A stretch of 64,000 bases of DNA, taken from Polaribacter sp. (GTDB lineage Bacteria; Bacteroidota; Bacteroidia; Flavobacteriales; Flavobacteriaceae). Below the pieces are notes generated by a model. The model did no database searches. It saw nothing but the letters and a program-made list of their open reading frames with translations, and was not told the origin of the DNA. Location of the stretch: NCBI GenBank assembly GCA_049889235.1, contig JBMHDU010000007.1, positions 82,024 to 146,023 of the forward strand, in the 5' to 3' direction. How positions within the stretch are numbered: the first letter of the stretch is position 1; each line of letters opens with the position of its first letter. The position numbers and the translations under genes were made by a program. This document shows positions 1 through 8,051 of this stretch, piece by piece.

Positions 1-99
1 AAAGCTGCAAAGCCAAATCAGAAGAAAATTGCCGTGTATGAGAAGATGGTAACCCGTTCGCTATTCGGAAATATTAACGCAAGTAGAAACTCTGCATAA
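1..99 (+). CDS. 3' end of an unidentified CDS entering from upstream of the window
   Basis: Frame is open from base 1 (KAAKPNQKKIAVYEKMVTRSLFGNINASRNSA) and ends at TAA 97-99. Too short to assign a family. Confidence 0.3.
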   Translation, partial: KAAKPNQKKIAVYEKMVTRSLFGNINASRNSA

Positions 100-133
100 A
101 AAAGAATCTTAGTTTAACAGCAAAAGAGTAGAT

Positions 134-153
134 TAACCATTTTAGAATGGTTA
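134..153 (+). terminator. Stem-loop downstream of the partial CDS (terminator-like, no U-tract)
   Basis: Perfect 8-bp stem TAACCATT / AATGGTTA with a 4-nt loop, 35 nt after the stop at 99. It is followed by CCTTTACCC rather than a T-run. Confidence 0.35.
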
Positions 154-344
154 CCTTTACCCTTCATATACCTAGAAAAGAGCTTTTAGCTGAAATTTAT
201 GCGCTCTCGTTCTGATAATGAGCGTAGTTAAAATTCATAAGACTTTTTTGTTAGACAACATGTTTAATGATGGTTTGGTGCTTCATAAAAAGCATCTTCA
301 TGCTCTTTTATGGTTATAAAAAAGGTATAATTTAAAACACATTT

Positions 345-539
345 ATGTTAAGAATCGTTGTAAAAGAAGGAGAAAATATTGACAGAGCATTAAAGCGCTA
401 TAAAAGAAAGTTCAAGAATGTAAAACAAATGCAGGAATTACGGTCTCGTAAACATTACAGCAAAAAATCAGTCTTACGTCGTGAGGAAATCAAAAAAGCT
501 GAATACAAGCAAAAATTTTTAAGAGAACAAGCAGAGTAA
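345..539 (+). CDS. rpsU: 30S ribosomal protein bS21
   Basis: 64 aa and very basic. Typical S21 sequence (MLRIVVKEGENIDRALKRYKRKF...). Confidence 0.95.
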   Translation: MLRIVVKEGENIDRALKRYKRKFKNVKQMQELRSRKHYSKKSVLRREEIKKAEYKQKFLREQAE

Positions 540-587
540 ACTTCGCTATGTAAAACTTTCTGATTACTTTAATGACAAAAAATTGCT

Positions 588-2123
588 ATGCTCATTAAAG
601 TTAATGGCTCTGCCGTATTCGGTATTGAGGCCACCACTATTACTATTGAAGTTAATATTGATAAAGGTATTGGTTACCACCTTGTTGGTTTACCAGATAA
701 CGCAGTACGCGAAAGTTCCTATCGGATTACCGCCGCACTTCAAAACAACAAGTACAAACTACCAGGCAAGAAGATTATCATCAACATGGCACCTGCCGAT
801 ATTCGGAAAGAAGGTGCTGCCTATGATTTACCCATTGCCATCGGAATTTTAGCTGCTTCCAATCAAATTCAATCTCCCAATATTGAAGACTATGTCATCA
901 TGGGCGAACTGTCTCTAGACGGAAGTTTACAACCCTTAAAAGGTGCACTTCCGATTGCGATTAAAGCTCGGGAAGAAGGATTTAAACACCTTATCCTTCC
1001 AAAAGTGAATGCACAAGAAGCAGCTATCGTTAATGACCTAGAAGTTTTGGGTGTGGAATCTATTGCTGAGGTGATTGATCATTTTAATGGAGATGCCTCC
1101 ATCACTCCAACTGTAGTCGATACCCGTGCCGAATTCTTCAAACAAATTGATTTTCCGGAATTCGACTTTGCCGATGTAAAAGGACAGGAATCGATCAAAC
1201 GGTGTATGGAAATTGCAGCTGCTGGCGGACACAACATCATTTTGATTGGTCCACCCGGCGCTGGAAAAACCATGTTAGCCAAACGTATGCCGTCCATCTT
1301 ACCTCCTATGACCTTACATGAGGCATTAGAGACGACCAAGATTCATTCGGTAGTGGGTCGCATTAAAAGTTCTGGCTTATTGGTACAGCGACCATTTCGA
1401 AGTCCACATCACACGATATCAGACGTCGCCCTTGTTGGCGGGGGCCAATATCCACAACCAGGAGAGATTTCATTGGCACATAATGGCGTGCTCTTTTTGG
1501 ATGAATTACCAGAATTCAAAAGAAGTGTACTAGAAGTCATGCGTCAGCCTTTAGAAGATCGTGAAGTGACAATTTCCAGAGCCCGATTTACCGTCACCTA
1601 TCCGAGTTCATTTATGTTAGTGGCGAGTATGAATCCGAGTCCGTCAGGTTTCTTTAATGACGGTACTAATCCATTGGCTAGTTCTCCGGCAGAAATTCAA
1701 CGCTATATGGGTAAAATTTCCGGTCCGTTGTTGGATCGCATTGACATCCATATTGAAGTGACTCCTGTTCCTTTTGAAAAACTATCGGAAGATAGAAAGG
1801 GGGAATCTAGTGTTGATATTCGAAAACGAGTAATGGCGGCTCGGGAAATTCAAGCAGAACGATTTGCCGATTTTGAGCACCTACATTACAACGCTCAAAT
1901 GCAAGTGAAACAGATTCGGGAGTTTTGTAAACTATCCGAAGACGGATTAACATTATTAAAAAATGCCATGGAAAAATTGAATCTTTCGGCTAGGGCTTAT
2001 GATCGAATTTTAAAAGTATCGAGAACCATCGCCGATCTAGCCGATGAAGAAGCTATTTTACCGAATCATATTGCAGAAGCTATTCAATATCGTAGCTTAG
2101 ATCGTGAGGGATGGTTGGGGTAA
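588..2123 (+). CDS. comM: YifB/ComM family Mg-chelatase-like AAA+ ATPase
   Basis: 511 aa. N-terminal Lon-protease-like domain, Walker A GPPGAGKT, LFLDELPEF Walker B region, and a C-terminal ChlI-like tail (RAYDRILKVSRTIADL). Confidence 0.9.
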   Translation: MLIKVNGSAVFGIEATTITIEVNIDKGIGYHLVGLPDNAVRESSYRITAALQNNKYKLPGKKIIINMAPADIRKEGAAYDLPIAIGILAASNQIQSPNIEDYVIMGELSLDGSLQPLKGALPIAIKAREEGFKHLILPKVNAQEAAIVNDLEVLGVESIAEVIDHFNGDASITPTVVDTRAEFFKQIDFPEFDFADVKGQESIKRCMEIAAAGGHNIILIGPPGAGKTMLAKRMPSILPPMTLHEALETTKIHSVVGRIKSSGLLVQRPFRSPHHTISDVALVGGGQYPQPGEISLAHNGVLFLDELPEFKRSVLEVMRQPLEDREVTISRARFTVTYPSSFMLVASMNPSPSGFFNDGTNPLASSPAEIQRYMGKISGPLLDRIDIHIEVTPVPFEKLSEDRKGESSVDIRKRVMAAREIQAERFADFEHLHYNAQMQVKQIREFCKLSEDGLTLLKNAMEKLNLSARAYDRILKVSRTIADLADEEAILPNHIAEAIQYRSLDREGWLG

Positions 2124-2192
2124 CCCCATATGACAATTATCATTTCATTTCAATACCAGTTCATGTAACTTGATAGAATTAAATCGTCAGTT

Positions 2193-2579
2193 ATGGATAC
2201 GTCATTATTTCTATTAAAATTCTGGGGCTGGTATTGTGTGATTTTCTTCTTCATTTTGAGTTTTAACCCGAAACGCATCAAACAAATTGTAGAAGATTTA
2301 CAAGATCAGAAGTTTACCATTCTTATTTCGTTCCTAGCTATCATTATCGGCTTACTTAATATTCTTTTCCATAATGTTTGGGAAGCGAATATTAGTTTAG
2401 TAGTTACCCTATTTGGTTGGCTAGCCTTATTAAAAGGAATTATGCTGTTCACCTTTCCAAGAACCACAACCAAGGGAATTACCAAAATGAATATCAAATT
2501 TGTACAAGCCATGTACATTTTTGTATTCCTTATTGGAGTAATTCTATTAAATGAAGCCTATGGAATTGTTCCTTTCTAA
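2193..2579 (+). CDS. Small integral membrane protein, unknown function
   Basis: 128 aa with about 4 hydrophobic helices. No recognisable motif. Confidence 0.55.
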   Translation: MDTSLFLLKFWGWYCVIFFFILSFNPKRIKQIVEDLQDQKFTILISFLAIIIGLLNILFHNVWEANISLVVTLFGWLALLKGIMLFTFPRTTTKGITKMNIKFVQAMYIFVFLIGVILLNEAYGIVPF

Positions 2580-4010
2580 TTAGAAAAAGTACGGAATGAT
2601 AAATTGATAGAACAATATCAATAGCACAACTGCAATACAGTTGAGCACGATTCCTGCGCGCGCCATCTGATTTACTTTTACATAGCCACTTGCAAAGACA
2701 ATGGCATTTGGGGGGGTCGCCATGGGCAGCATAAAGGCACAACTACTCGCCATAGTAACCGGAATTAATAAATACAACATCGGAATTCCTAGTCCGATCG
2801 CAATTCCAGCAACTACGGGAGCCAACACAGCAACCAAAGCCACATTACTCATCAATTCGGTCATGAATAACATCAGTACAATTAGCAAAGACACGGTTAA
2901 GAATACCGGGAAATTACCATCTTTAATAACCTGAGTAATCGCATCTACCAATCCGCTAGAAGCCATTCCTTTTGCTAAGGCCAAACCTCCTCCGAAGAGC
3001 AATAAGATTCCCCATGCTAGCTTGCTGGTATCACTCCATTCAAGCACAAAAGTTCCTTTCTTTAGATTCAACGGAATCACAAACAAAGAGATCGCTCCAA
3101 ACACACTAATGATTGTATCTGTTAATCCCAATCCGGGAAATAAATTATTGATCAACGTTCTCGTGATCCACAGCGAAACAGTAATTGCAAAAATGGTCAA
3201 TACACGTTTCTCTTCTTTAGATAGTGAACCTAACTTTTTTACTTCTGAATGAATCAGATTCGCCGAAGTAGTGAATTTGATATCATTGCATGGAAACATC
3301 CATTTAACAAGCACGATATAACAAAAAGCAACCAGCATTATCGAAAATGGCAGTCCCATCGTCATCCATTTTAAAAAGGATATTTCGGTATTGTATTCAT
3401 TCTCTAACAACCCAATTAGCACCGAATTTGGCGGCGTTCCAATGACCGTGGCAATTCCTCCTGCATTTGCCGAAAAGGCAATTCCCAACATAATACTCAA
3501 GGCAAAATTTCGATCGCCAGACGTAAATCCGTCCTCATCATCAATCAGCAATTTAATTACAGAAATCGCAATGGGTAACATGACTACCGTACTCGCTGTA
3601 TTGCTAATCCACATGCTCATAAATGCAGTTGCAATCATAAATCCGAGCACCACGCGATTCGGAGTTGTTCCGGTTAATTTGATGATCGACAGAGCTATGC
3701 GTCGATGCAGATTCACTTTTTCTAACGCGAGGGCTAAAACAAATCCACCAAAGAATAAAAAGATAATCGGACTACCATAATTGGCGCCAACATCGGCCGG
3801 ATTCATAATGCCAAGCAACGGAAACAAAATCAAGGGCAACAGCGCAGTAACCGCAATGTGTACTGCTTCGGTAATCCACCAAATCACCATCCAAATCGCT
3901 ACTCCGATGACCTTATCTCCAAGTTCGGATACCAATTCGAACGGGAGGTGAATCACGAAGAAGAACAATAAAGGACCAAGGAATAATCCGACTTTTTTAG
4001 AAGTAGGCAT
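2580..4010 (-). CDS. DASS/SLC13 family sodium-coupled anion (sulfate/di-tricarboxylate) symporter
   Basis: 476 aa polytopic protein with duplicated SNTAS / SNVA hairpin motifs (WISNTASTVVMLP, ELMSNVALVAVLAP) and PPNA motifs typical of DASS. Confidence 0.85.
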   Translation of the reverse strand: MPTSKKVGLFLGPLLFFFVIHLPFELVSELGDKVIGVAIWMVIWWITEAVHIAVTALLPLILFPLLGIMNPADVGANYGSPIIFLFFGGFVLALALEKVNLHRRIALSIIKLTGTTPNRVVLGFMIATAFMSMWISNTASTVVMLPIAISVIKLLIDDEDGFTSGDRNFALSIMLGIAFSANAGGIATVIGTPPNSVLIGLLENEYNTEISFLKWMTMGLPFSIMLVAFCYIVLVKWMFPCNDIKFTTSANLIHSEVKKLGSLSKEEKRVLTIFAITVSLWITRTLINNLFPGLGLTDTIISVFGAISLFVIPLNLKKGTFVLEWSDTSKLAWGILLLFGGGLALAKGMASSGLVDAITQVIKDGNFPVFLTVSLLIVLMLFMTELMSNVALVAVLAPVVAGIAIGLGIPMLYLLIPVTMASSCAFMLPMATPPNAIVFASGYVKVNQMARAGIVLNCIAVVLLILFYQFIIPYFF

Positions 4011-4031
4011 AGCGCTGATTTAATGCTCTAA

Positions 4032-4063
4032 AATAAAAAAACCTCTCAAACTTGAGAGGTTTT
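4032..4063 (-). terminator. Intrinsic terminator after ahcY
   Basis: On the minus strand: AAACCTCTCAAGTTTGAGAGGTTT followed by a T-run, about 50 nt after the ahcY stop. Confidence 0.7.
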
Positions 4064-4110
4064 GTATTGTAAATTGCAGATTTCTCGACTGCGCTCGAAA
4101 TGACAATTTT

Positions 4111-5418
4111 TTAATATCTGTAGTGCTCTGGCTTAAATGGTCCTTCTACGGTTACACCAATATATTCTGCCTGATCTGAACGCAATTCGGTTAATTCAAC
4201 ACCGATTTTCGCTAAGTGTAACTTCGCTACTTTTTCATCTAAGTGTTTCGGTAAGGTATACACCTTATTCTCATACTGATCTACATTCGTCCAAAGTTCG
4301 ATTTGAGCTAACGTTTGGTTGGTGAATGAATTGGACATTACAAAGCTTGGGTGCCCAGTTGCACATCCTAGGTTTACCAAACGTCCTTCTGCTAATAGAA
4401 TGATATCATTTCCATTTATATTGTATTTATCAACTTGTGGTTTGATTTCTATCTTTTCACTATTTGCATTTAACCAAGCCACATCAATCTCATTATCAAA
4501 ATGACCAATATTACAAACGATCGTTTTGTCTTTCATCGCTTTAAAATGCTCAGCTCTTACGATATCTTTATTTCCAGTCGTTGTAATCACGACATCTGCA
4601 TTTCCAATAACAGTTTCTAAGCGCTTTACTTCGAATCCGTCCATAGCTGCTTGTAAGGCACAAATAGGATCGATTTCAGTTAAGGTTACGATAGAACCAG
4701 CACCTTTAAACGAAGCTGCTGTTCCTTTACCAACGTCACCATACCCACAAACTACCACACGTTTTCCAGCTAACATCACATCCGTAGCACGACGAATCGC
4801 ATCTACTGCAGATTCTTTACATCCGTATTTGTTATCAAACTTAGATTTGGTTACTGAGTCATTTACATTGATGGCTGGCATTGGTAATGTTCCGTTTTTC
4901 ATACGCTCGTATAAACGGTGCACTCCTGTAGTCGTTTCTTCTGATAATCCGTTGATACCCTCTACCAATTCCGGATAGTTATCAAATACCATATTGGTTA
5001 AATCACCACCATCATCTAAAATCATGTTCAATGGCTTACGATCTTCACCAAAGAATAAGGTCTGTTCAATACACCAATCAAACTCCTGCTCGTTCATACC
5101 TTTCCATGCGTATACAGGAATTCCAGCTGCTGCGATTGCCGCTGCCGCCTGATCTTGGGTAGAGAAAATATTACAAGAACTCCAAGTAACCTCAGCACCT
5201 AAATCTCTCAACGTTTCAATTAAAACTGCTGTTTGAATGGTCATGTGTAAACAACCAGCAATACGAGCTCCTTTTAAGGGTTGAGATTCTTTATATTCTT
5301 CACGAAGTGCCATTAATCCAGGCATTTCTGCTTCTGCCAATTCAATTTCTTTTCTTCCCCATTCTGCCAAAGAAATGTCTTTTACTTTGTAAGGAACATA
5401 TGCAGTTTTTGTACTCAT
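4111..5418 (-). CDS. ahcY: Adenosylhomocysteinase
   Basis: 435 aa with highly conserved SAHH sequence ([19 protein letters not shown]-binding [15 protein letters not shown]). Confidence 0.95.
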   Translation of the reverse strand: MSTKTAYVPYKVKDISLAEWGRKEIELAEAEMPGLMALREEYKESQPLKGARIAGCLHMTIQTAVLIETLRDLGAEVTWSSCNIFSTQDQAAAAIAAAGIPVYAWKGMNEQEFDWCIEQTLFFGEDRKPLNMILDDGGDLTNMVFDNYPELVEGINGLSEETTTGVHRLYERMKNGTLPMPAINVNDSVTKSKFDNKYGCKESAVDAIRRATDVMLAGKRVVVCGYGDVGKGTAASFKGAGSIVTLTEIDPICALQAAMDGFEVKRLETVIGNADVVITTTGNKDIVRAEHFKAMKDKTIVCNIGHFDNEIDVAWLNANSEKIEIKPQVDKYNINGNDIILLAEGRLVNLGCATGHPSFVMSNSFTNQTLAQIELWTNVDQYENKVYTLPKHLDEKVAKLHLAKIGVELTELRSDQAEYIGVTVEGPFKPEHYRY

Positions 5419-5449
5419 TTTAGCTATCTTTATTGTTTTAACCAGGGTG

Positions 5450-5457
5450 CAAATTTA
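5450..5457 (-). promoter_or_regulatory. Bacteroidota -7 promoter box (TAAATTTG) for ahcY
   Basis: Minus-strand TAAATTTG matches the TAnnTTTG consensus about 30 nt upstream of the ahcY ATG. Confidence 0.5.
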
Positions 5458-5478
5458 CGACTTCCTTTTTATTTCATT

Positions 5479-6108
5479 ATGCCTTTATTCAAAACAATTC
5501 AAGTTAACGATTTCACAAAAGTCTGTATTTGGTGTATCGATGAATCACTGGAAGGGCTGAAGAACGGAATTGTATTATCAGAAAACAGCAAGAATCGATT
5601 GGCTTCCATGAAATCTGAAGTGCATCAGAAAGGATTTTTATCCATTCGTCATTTACTTAAGACCGAAGGATACTCGGATGCGGATATCCATTATGACGAA
5701 TACGGAAAACCGCATTTAAAAGATGGCAACCACATCTCTATTACTCACTCTGGAATCTATACCGGAATCATACTTTCATCCAAAGCACCTGTCGGAATTG
5801 ATATCGAAAAACAACGCGATAAAATATTACGCATTGCGCATAAATTCACACCCATCGAAGAATACAAAACCATTGCGAATACCGAAGCTTTGGTGCGGAA
5901 GTTAACCATTGTTTGGGGCGGAAAAGAAAGTTTGTATAAAATCTACGGAAAAAAGAAGTTATTGTTCTTACATCACATTTATATTGATGATTTCTCCTTC
6001 GATGAAAATGAAACTTTCGGAGAAATACGATTTGAAGGTGAGGTAGATCGCTACGATATCCATTTCTTAGAATTTGAGGATTATACTTGCGTATATGCCT
6101 ATCAATAG
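5479..6108 (+). CDS. 4'-phosphopantetheinyl transferase (Sfp/EntD type)
   Basis: 209 aa with the GIDIE motif and the W..KES.YK motif (VWGGKESLYK). Confidence 0.8.
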   Translation: MPLFKTIQVNDFTKVCIWCIDESLEGLKNGIVLSENSKNRLASMKSEVHQKGFLSIRHLLKTEGYSDADIHYDEYGKPHLKDGNHISITHSGIYTGIILSSKAPVGIDIEKQRDKILRIAHKFTPIEEYKTIANTEALVRKLTIVWGGKESLYKIYGKKKLLFLHHIYIDDFSFDENETFGEIRFEGEVDRYDIHFLEFEDYTCVYAYQ

Positions 6109-6129
6109 TGATACTTGCACTAGAAATCT

Positions 6130-6753
6130 ATGACAGAACTCATCGACTTTTTTATTGACACCTATCGCGAAACATCCACTTTGTATATCGTTTTAGAGGC
6201 GATCGCCTTTATTTTCGGAATCGCATCGGTATGGTATGCGAAGAAAGAAAATATTCTAGTCTATCCGACCGGTCTGATAGCAACATCCATTACCGTATAT
6301 CTATTGTACAAAGCCAGTTATTTTGGTGATATGATGATGAATTTCTACTACTCCATCATGAGTATCTACGGATGGTGGAACTGGTCACGCAAGAAAGACA
6401 ACGCTTATGTCGTTCCGATTTCGCGAACCAACACCAAAGAAAAACTGATTGGAGTCATTTTAGTGATTCTCACCATGATGGTGACCTATGGGGTATACCG
6501 ATTCTTTGACTATACCATTGAAACCGTAAACTATATCGACATCTTCACCTCCGGAATCTTTTTCACAGCAATGTGGTACATGGCGAACAAGAAAATTGAA
6601 AACTGGACCTTATGGATTTTTGCTGATGTGATTACCGTTCCGTTATATGCCTACAGAGGATTGGGCATGTTATCCTTACAATACCTTATCTTTACCATCC
6701 TTGCAATCCAGGGATATTTGGCATGGAGAAAAAGCTTAGACAAGAACCTTTAA
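6130..6753 (+). CDS. pnuC: Nicotinamide riboside transporter PnuC family
   Basis: 207 aa, 7-TM-like. Has YGWWNW and WIFADVI motifs typical of PnuC, and is followed by a NadR-type kinase gene. Confidence 0.85.
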   Translation: MTELIDFFIDTYRETSTLYIVLEAIAFIFGIASVWYAKKENILVYPTGLIATSITVYLLYKASYFGDMMMNFYYSIMSIYGWWNWSRKKDNAYVVPISRTNTKEKLIGVILVILTMMVTYGVYRFFDYTIETVNYIDIFTSGIFFTAMWYMANKKIENWTLWIFADVITVPLYAYRGLGMLSLQYLIFTILAIQGYLAWRKSLDKNL

Positions 6754-7325
6754 ACATTATTCGAATCGCATTGTTCGGACCAGAATCGACAGGAAAGACA
6801 ACCTTATCCAAACAATTGGCACATCATTATGATACGGTTTGGGTACGAGAATATGCTCGTGAATACCTTCAGGAAAAATGGAATAACGAACGTAAAACCT
6901 GTGAGCTGGAAGATATTTTACCCATCGCCTATGGTCAGATGGCCTTGGAAAATAAAGCCGCAAAACGTGCCGATAAAGTCTTAATCTGTGACACCGATTT
7001 ATTAGAAACCATGGTGTATTCAGAGCAATTCTATGACGGAATTGCCGATGAGAAATTGCGGAAAGCCGCAAATGAAAATTCCTATGATTTATATCTGTTA
7101 ACGTACATCGATACGCCTTGGGAGGAAGACGATTTACGCGATCGACCTCATCAACGATTGGAGATGTTCAACGCCTTTGAACACGCATTACAAGCCTACA
7201 ACAAACCATATTTGCTTCTAAAAGGAAACAAACAGGAACGTCTGGATAAAGCCATTGCTGCTATTGACGAATTGATTCAAAATGGTGAGAATTTATACTC
7301 CTATTCAGAAAATCTCAAGGAATAA
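6723..7325 (+). CDS. NadR-type ribosylnicotinamide kinase-like ATPase
   Basis: 200 aa. P-loop GPESTGKTTL, EYAREY and DTDLLET motifs resemble the NadR C-terminal kinase domain. It overlaps the pnuC 3' end by 31 nt. Confidence 0.75.
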   Translation: MEKKLRQEPLNIIRIALFGPESTGKTTLSKQLAHHYDTVWVREYAREYLQEKWNNERKTCELEDILPIAYGQMALENKAAKRADKVLICDTDLLETMVYSEQFYDGIADEKLRKAANENSYDLYLLTYIDTPWEEDDLRDRPHQRLEMFNAFEHALQAYNKPYLLLKGNKQERLDKAIAAIDELIQNGENLYSYSENLKE

Positions 7326-7328
7326 ACC

Positions 7329-7733
7329 ATGCATGTCCAGACCATTTTAAATGAATGTCAATTCAAAGCCGTTCGAAGTTCAGGCTCTGGAGGACAGCAT
7401 GTCAACAAGGTATCATCTAAAGTGGAATTACAATTCAATGTGGTTCAATCCGAAGGCTTATCGGAACGAGAAAAAACGAGAATTCAGCAGAAATTAGCTT
7501 CCAAACTGACTCAAGAAAATGTACTCATTCTTCAGGCCGGAGATACTCGGTCACAACACCGAAACAAACAATTGGTCATTTCTCGGTTTTTGACACTTTT
7601 AAAAGATTCACTGAAGGTTCCGAAAAAACGAAAACCCACCAAACCGACCCGAGCTTCGGTCACCAAACGGTTGGAAACCAAACAAAAAAATGCGGTTAAA
7701 AAGCAACTACGAAAAAAACCAAAACTGGATTAA
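7329..7733 (+). CDS. arfB: Alternative ribosome-rescue factor ArfB (peptidyl-tRNA hydrolase)
   Basis: 134 aa with a GGQ motif (SGSGGQHVNK) and a Lys/Arg-rich C-terminal tail. Confidence 0.9.
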   Translation: MHVQTILNECQFKAVRSSGSGGQHVNKVSSKVELQFNVVQSEGLSEREKTRIQQKLASKLTQENVLILQAGDTRSQHRNKQLVISRFLTLLKDSLKVPKKRKPTKPTRASVTKRLETKQKNAVKKQLRKKPKLD

Positions 7734-7773
7734 TTTCTAATTCAAACTGCTTTCCCATTCATTTTTTACATCG

Positions 7774-7781
7774 TATTTTTG
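7774..7781 (+). promoter_or_regulatory. -7 promoter box (TATTTTTG) driving the riboswitch-receptor transcript
   Basis: TAnnTTTG match about 10 nt upstream of the riboswitch P1 region. Confidence 0.5.
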
Positions 7782-7790
7782 CAGCGTTCT

Positions 7791-7950
7791 CACAAAGGGG
7801 TGCTTTGTTAGTTCTAAGTTTTAAGTTTTGAGTTTTAAGTTTTGAGTTCATTCTCAACTAAACACTAAACACTTAAAACTAAAGACTAAAGACTAATAAG
7901 GCTGAGATCATACCCATAGAACCTGGAACAGGTAATGCTGTTTAGGAAAT
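7791..7950 (+). promoter_or_regulatory. TPP (THI-box) riboswitch
   Basis: Conserved aptamer blocks appear in the correct order: GGGGTGC (7797), GCTGAGA, ACCC, GAACCTGGAACAGGTAATGCTG, TAGGAA. An oversized P3 hairpin sits between GGGGTGC and CTGAGA. Confidence 0.85.
7808..7896 (+). repeat. Heptad tandem-repeat hairpin forming the riboswitch P3 arm
   Basis: The 5' arm is (TTRAGTT)n and the 3' arm is the complementary (AAMNACT)n, around loop CATTCTC. By eye about 34 of 41 arm positions pair, counting G-U. Confidence 0.75.
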
Positions 7951-8051
7951 TCGAATACCGAAATGCAAAAAATACAAGCAAATTGGTATTCTACATAAAG
8001 TTAAATGACAAGAATAATTGCCTCTTTTTATTCGTTTTAAAATTATTTAAA

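Noticed and set aside
583-852. An 89-aa ORF overlapping the comM start in another frame. Many similar 60-150 aa ORFs are nested in or antisense to ahcY, the DASS transporter, ilvC, leuB, actB and others.
   Set aside because: All are fully contained within strongly supported conserved genes, and their compositions are typical of out-of-frame translation.
7935-8051. The track ORF start at 7935 would give the TonB-dependent receptor a 39-aa N-terminal extension (MLFRKFEYRNAKNTSK...).
   Set aside because: The extension overlaps the 3' part of the TPP riboswitch aptamer and expression platform. A textbook signal peptide (MRKILFFLFLCASVFTHAQ) begins at the internal ATG 8052.
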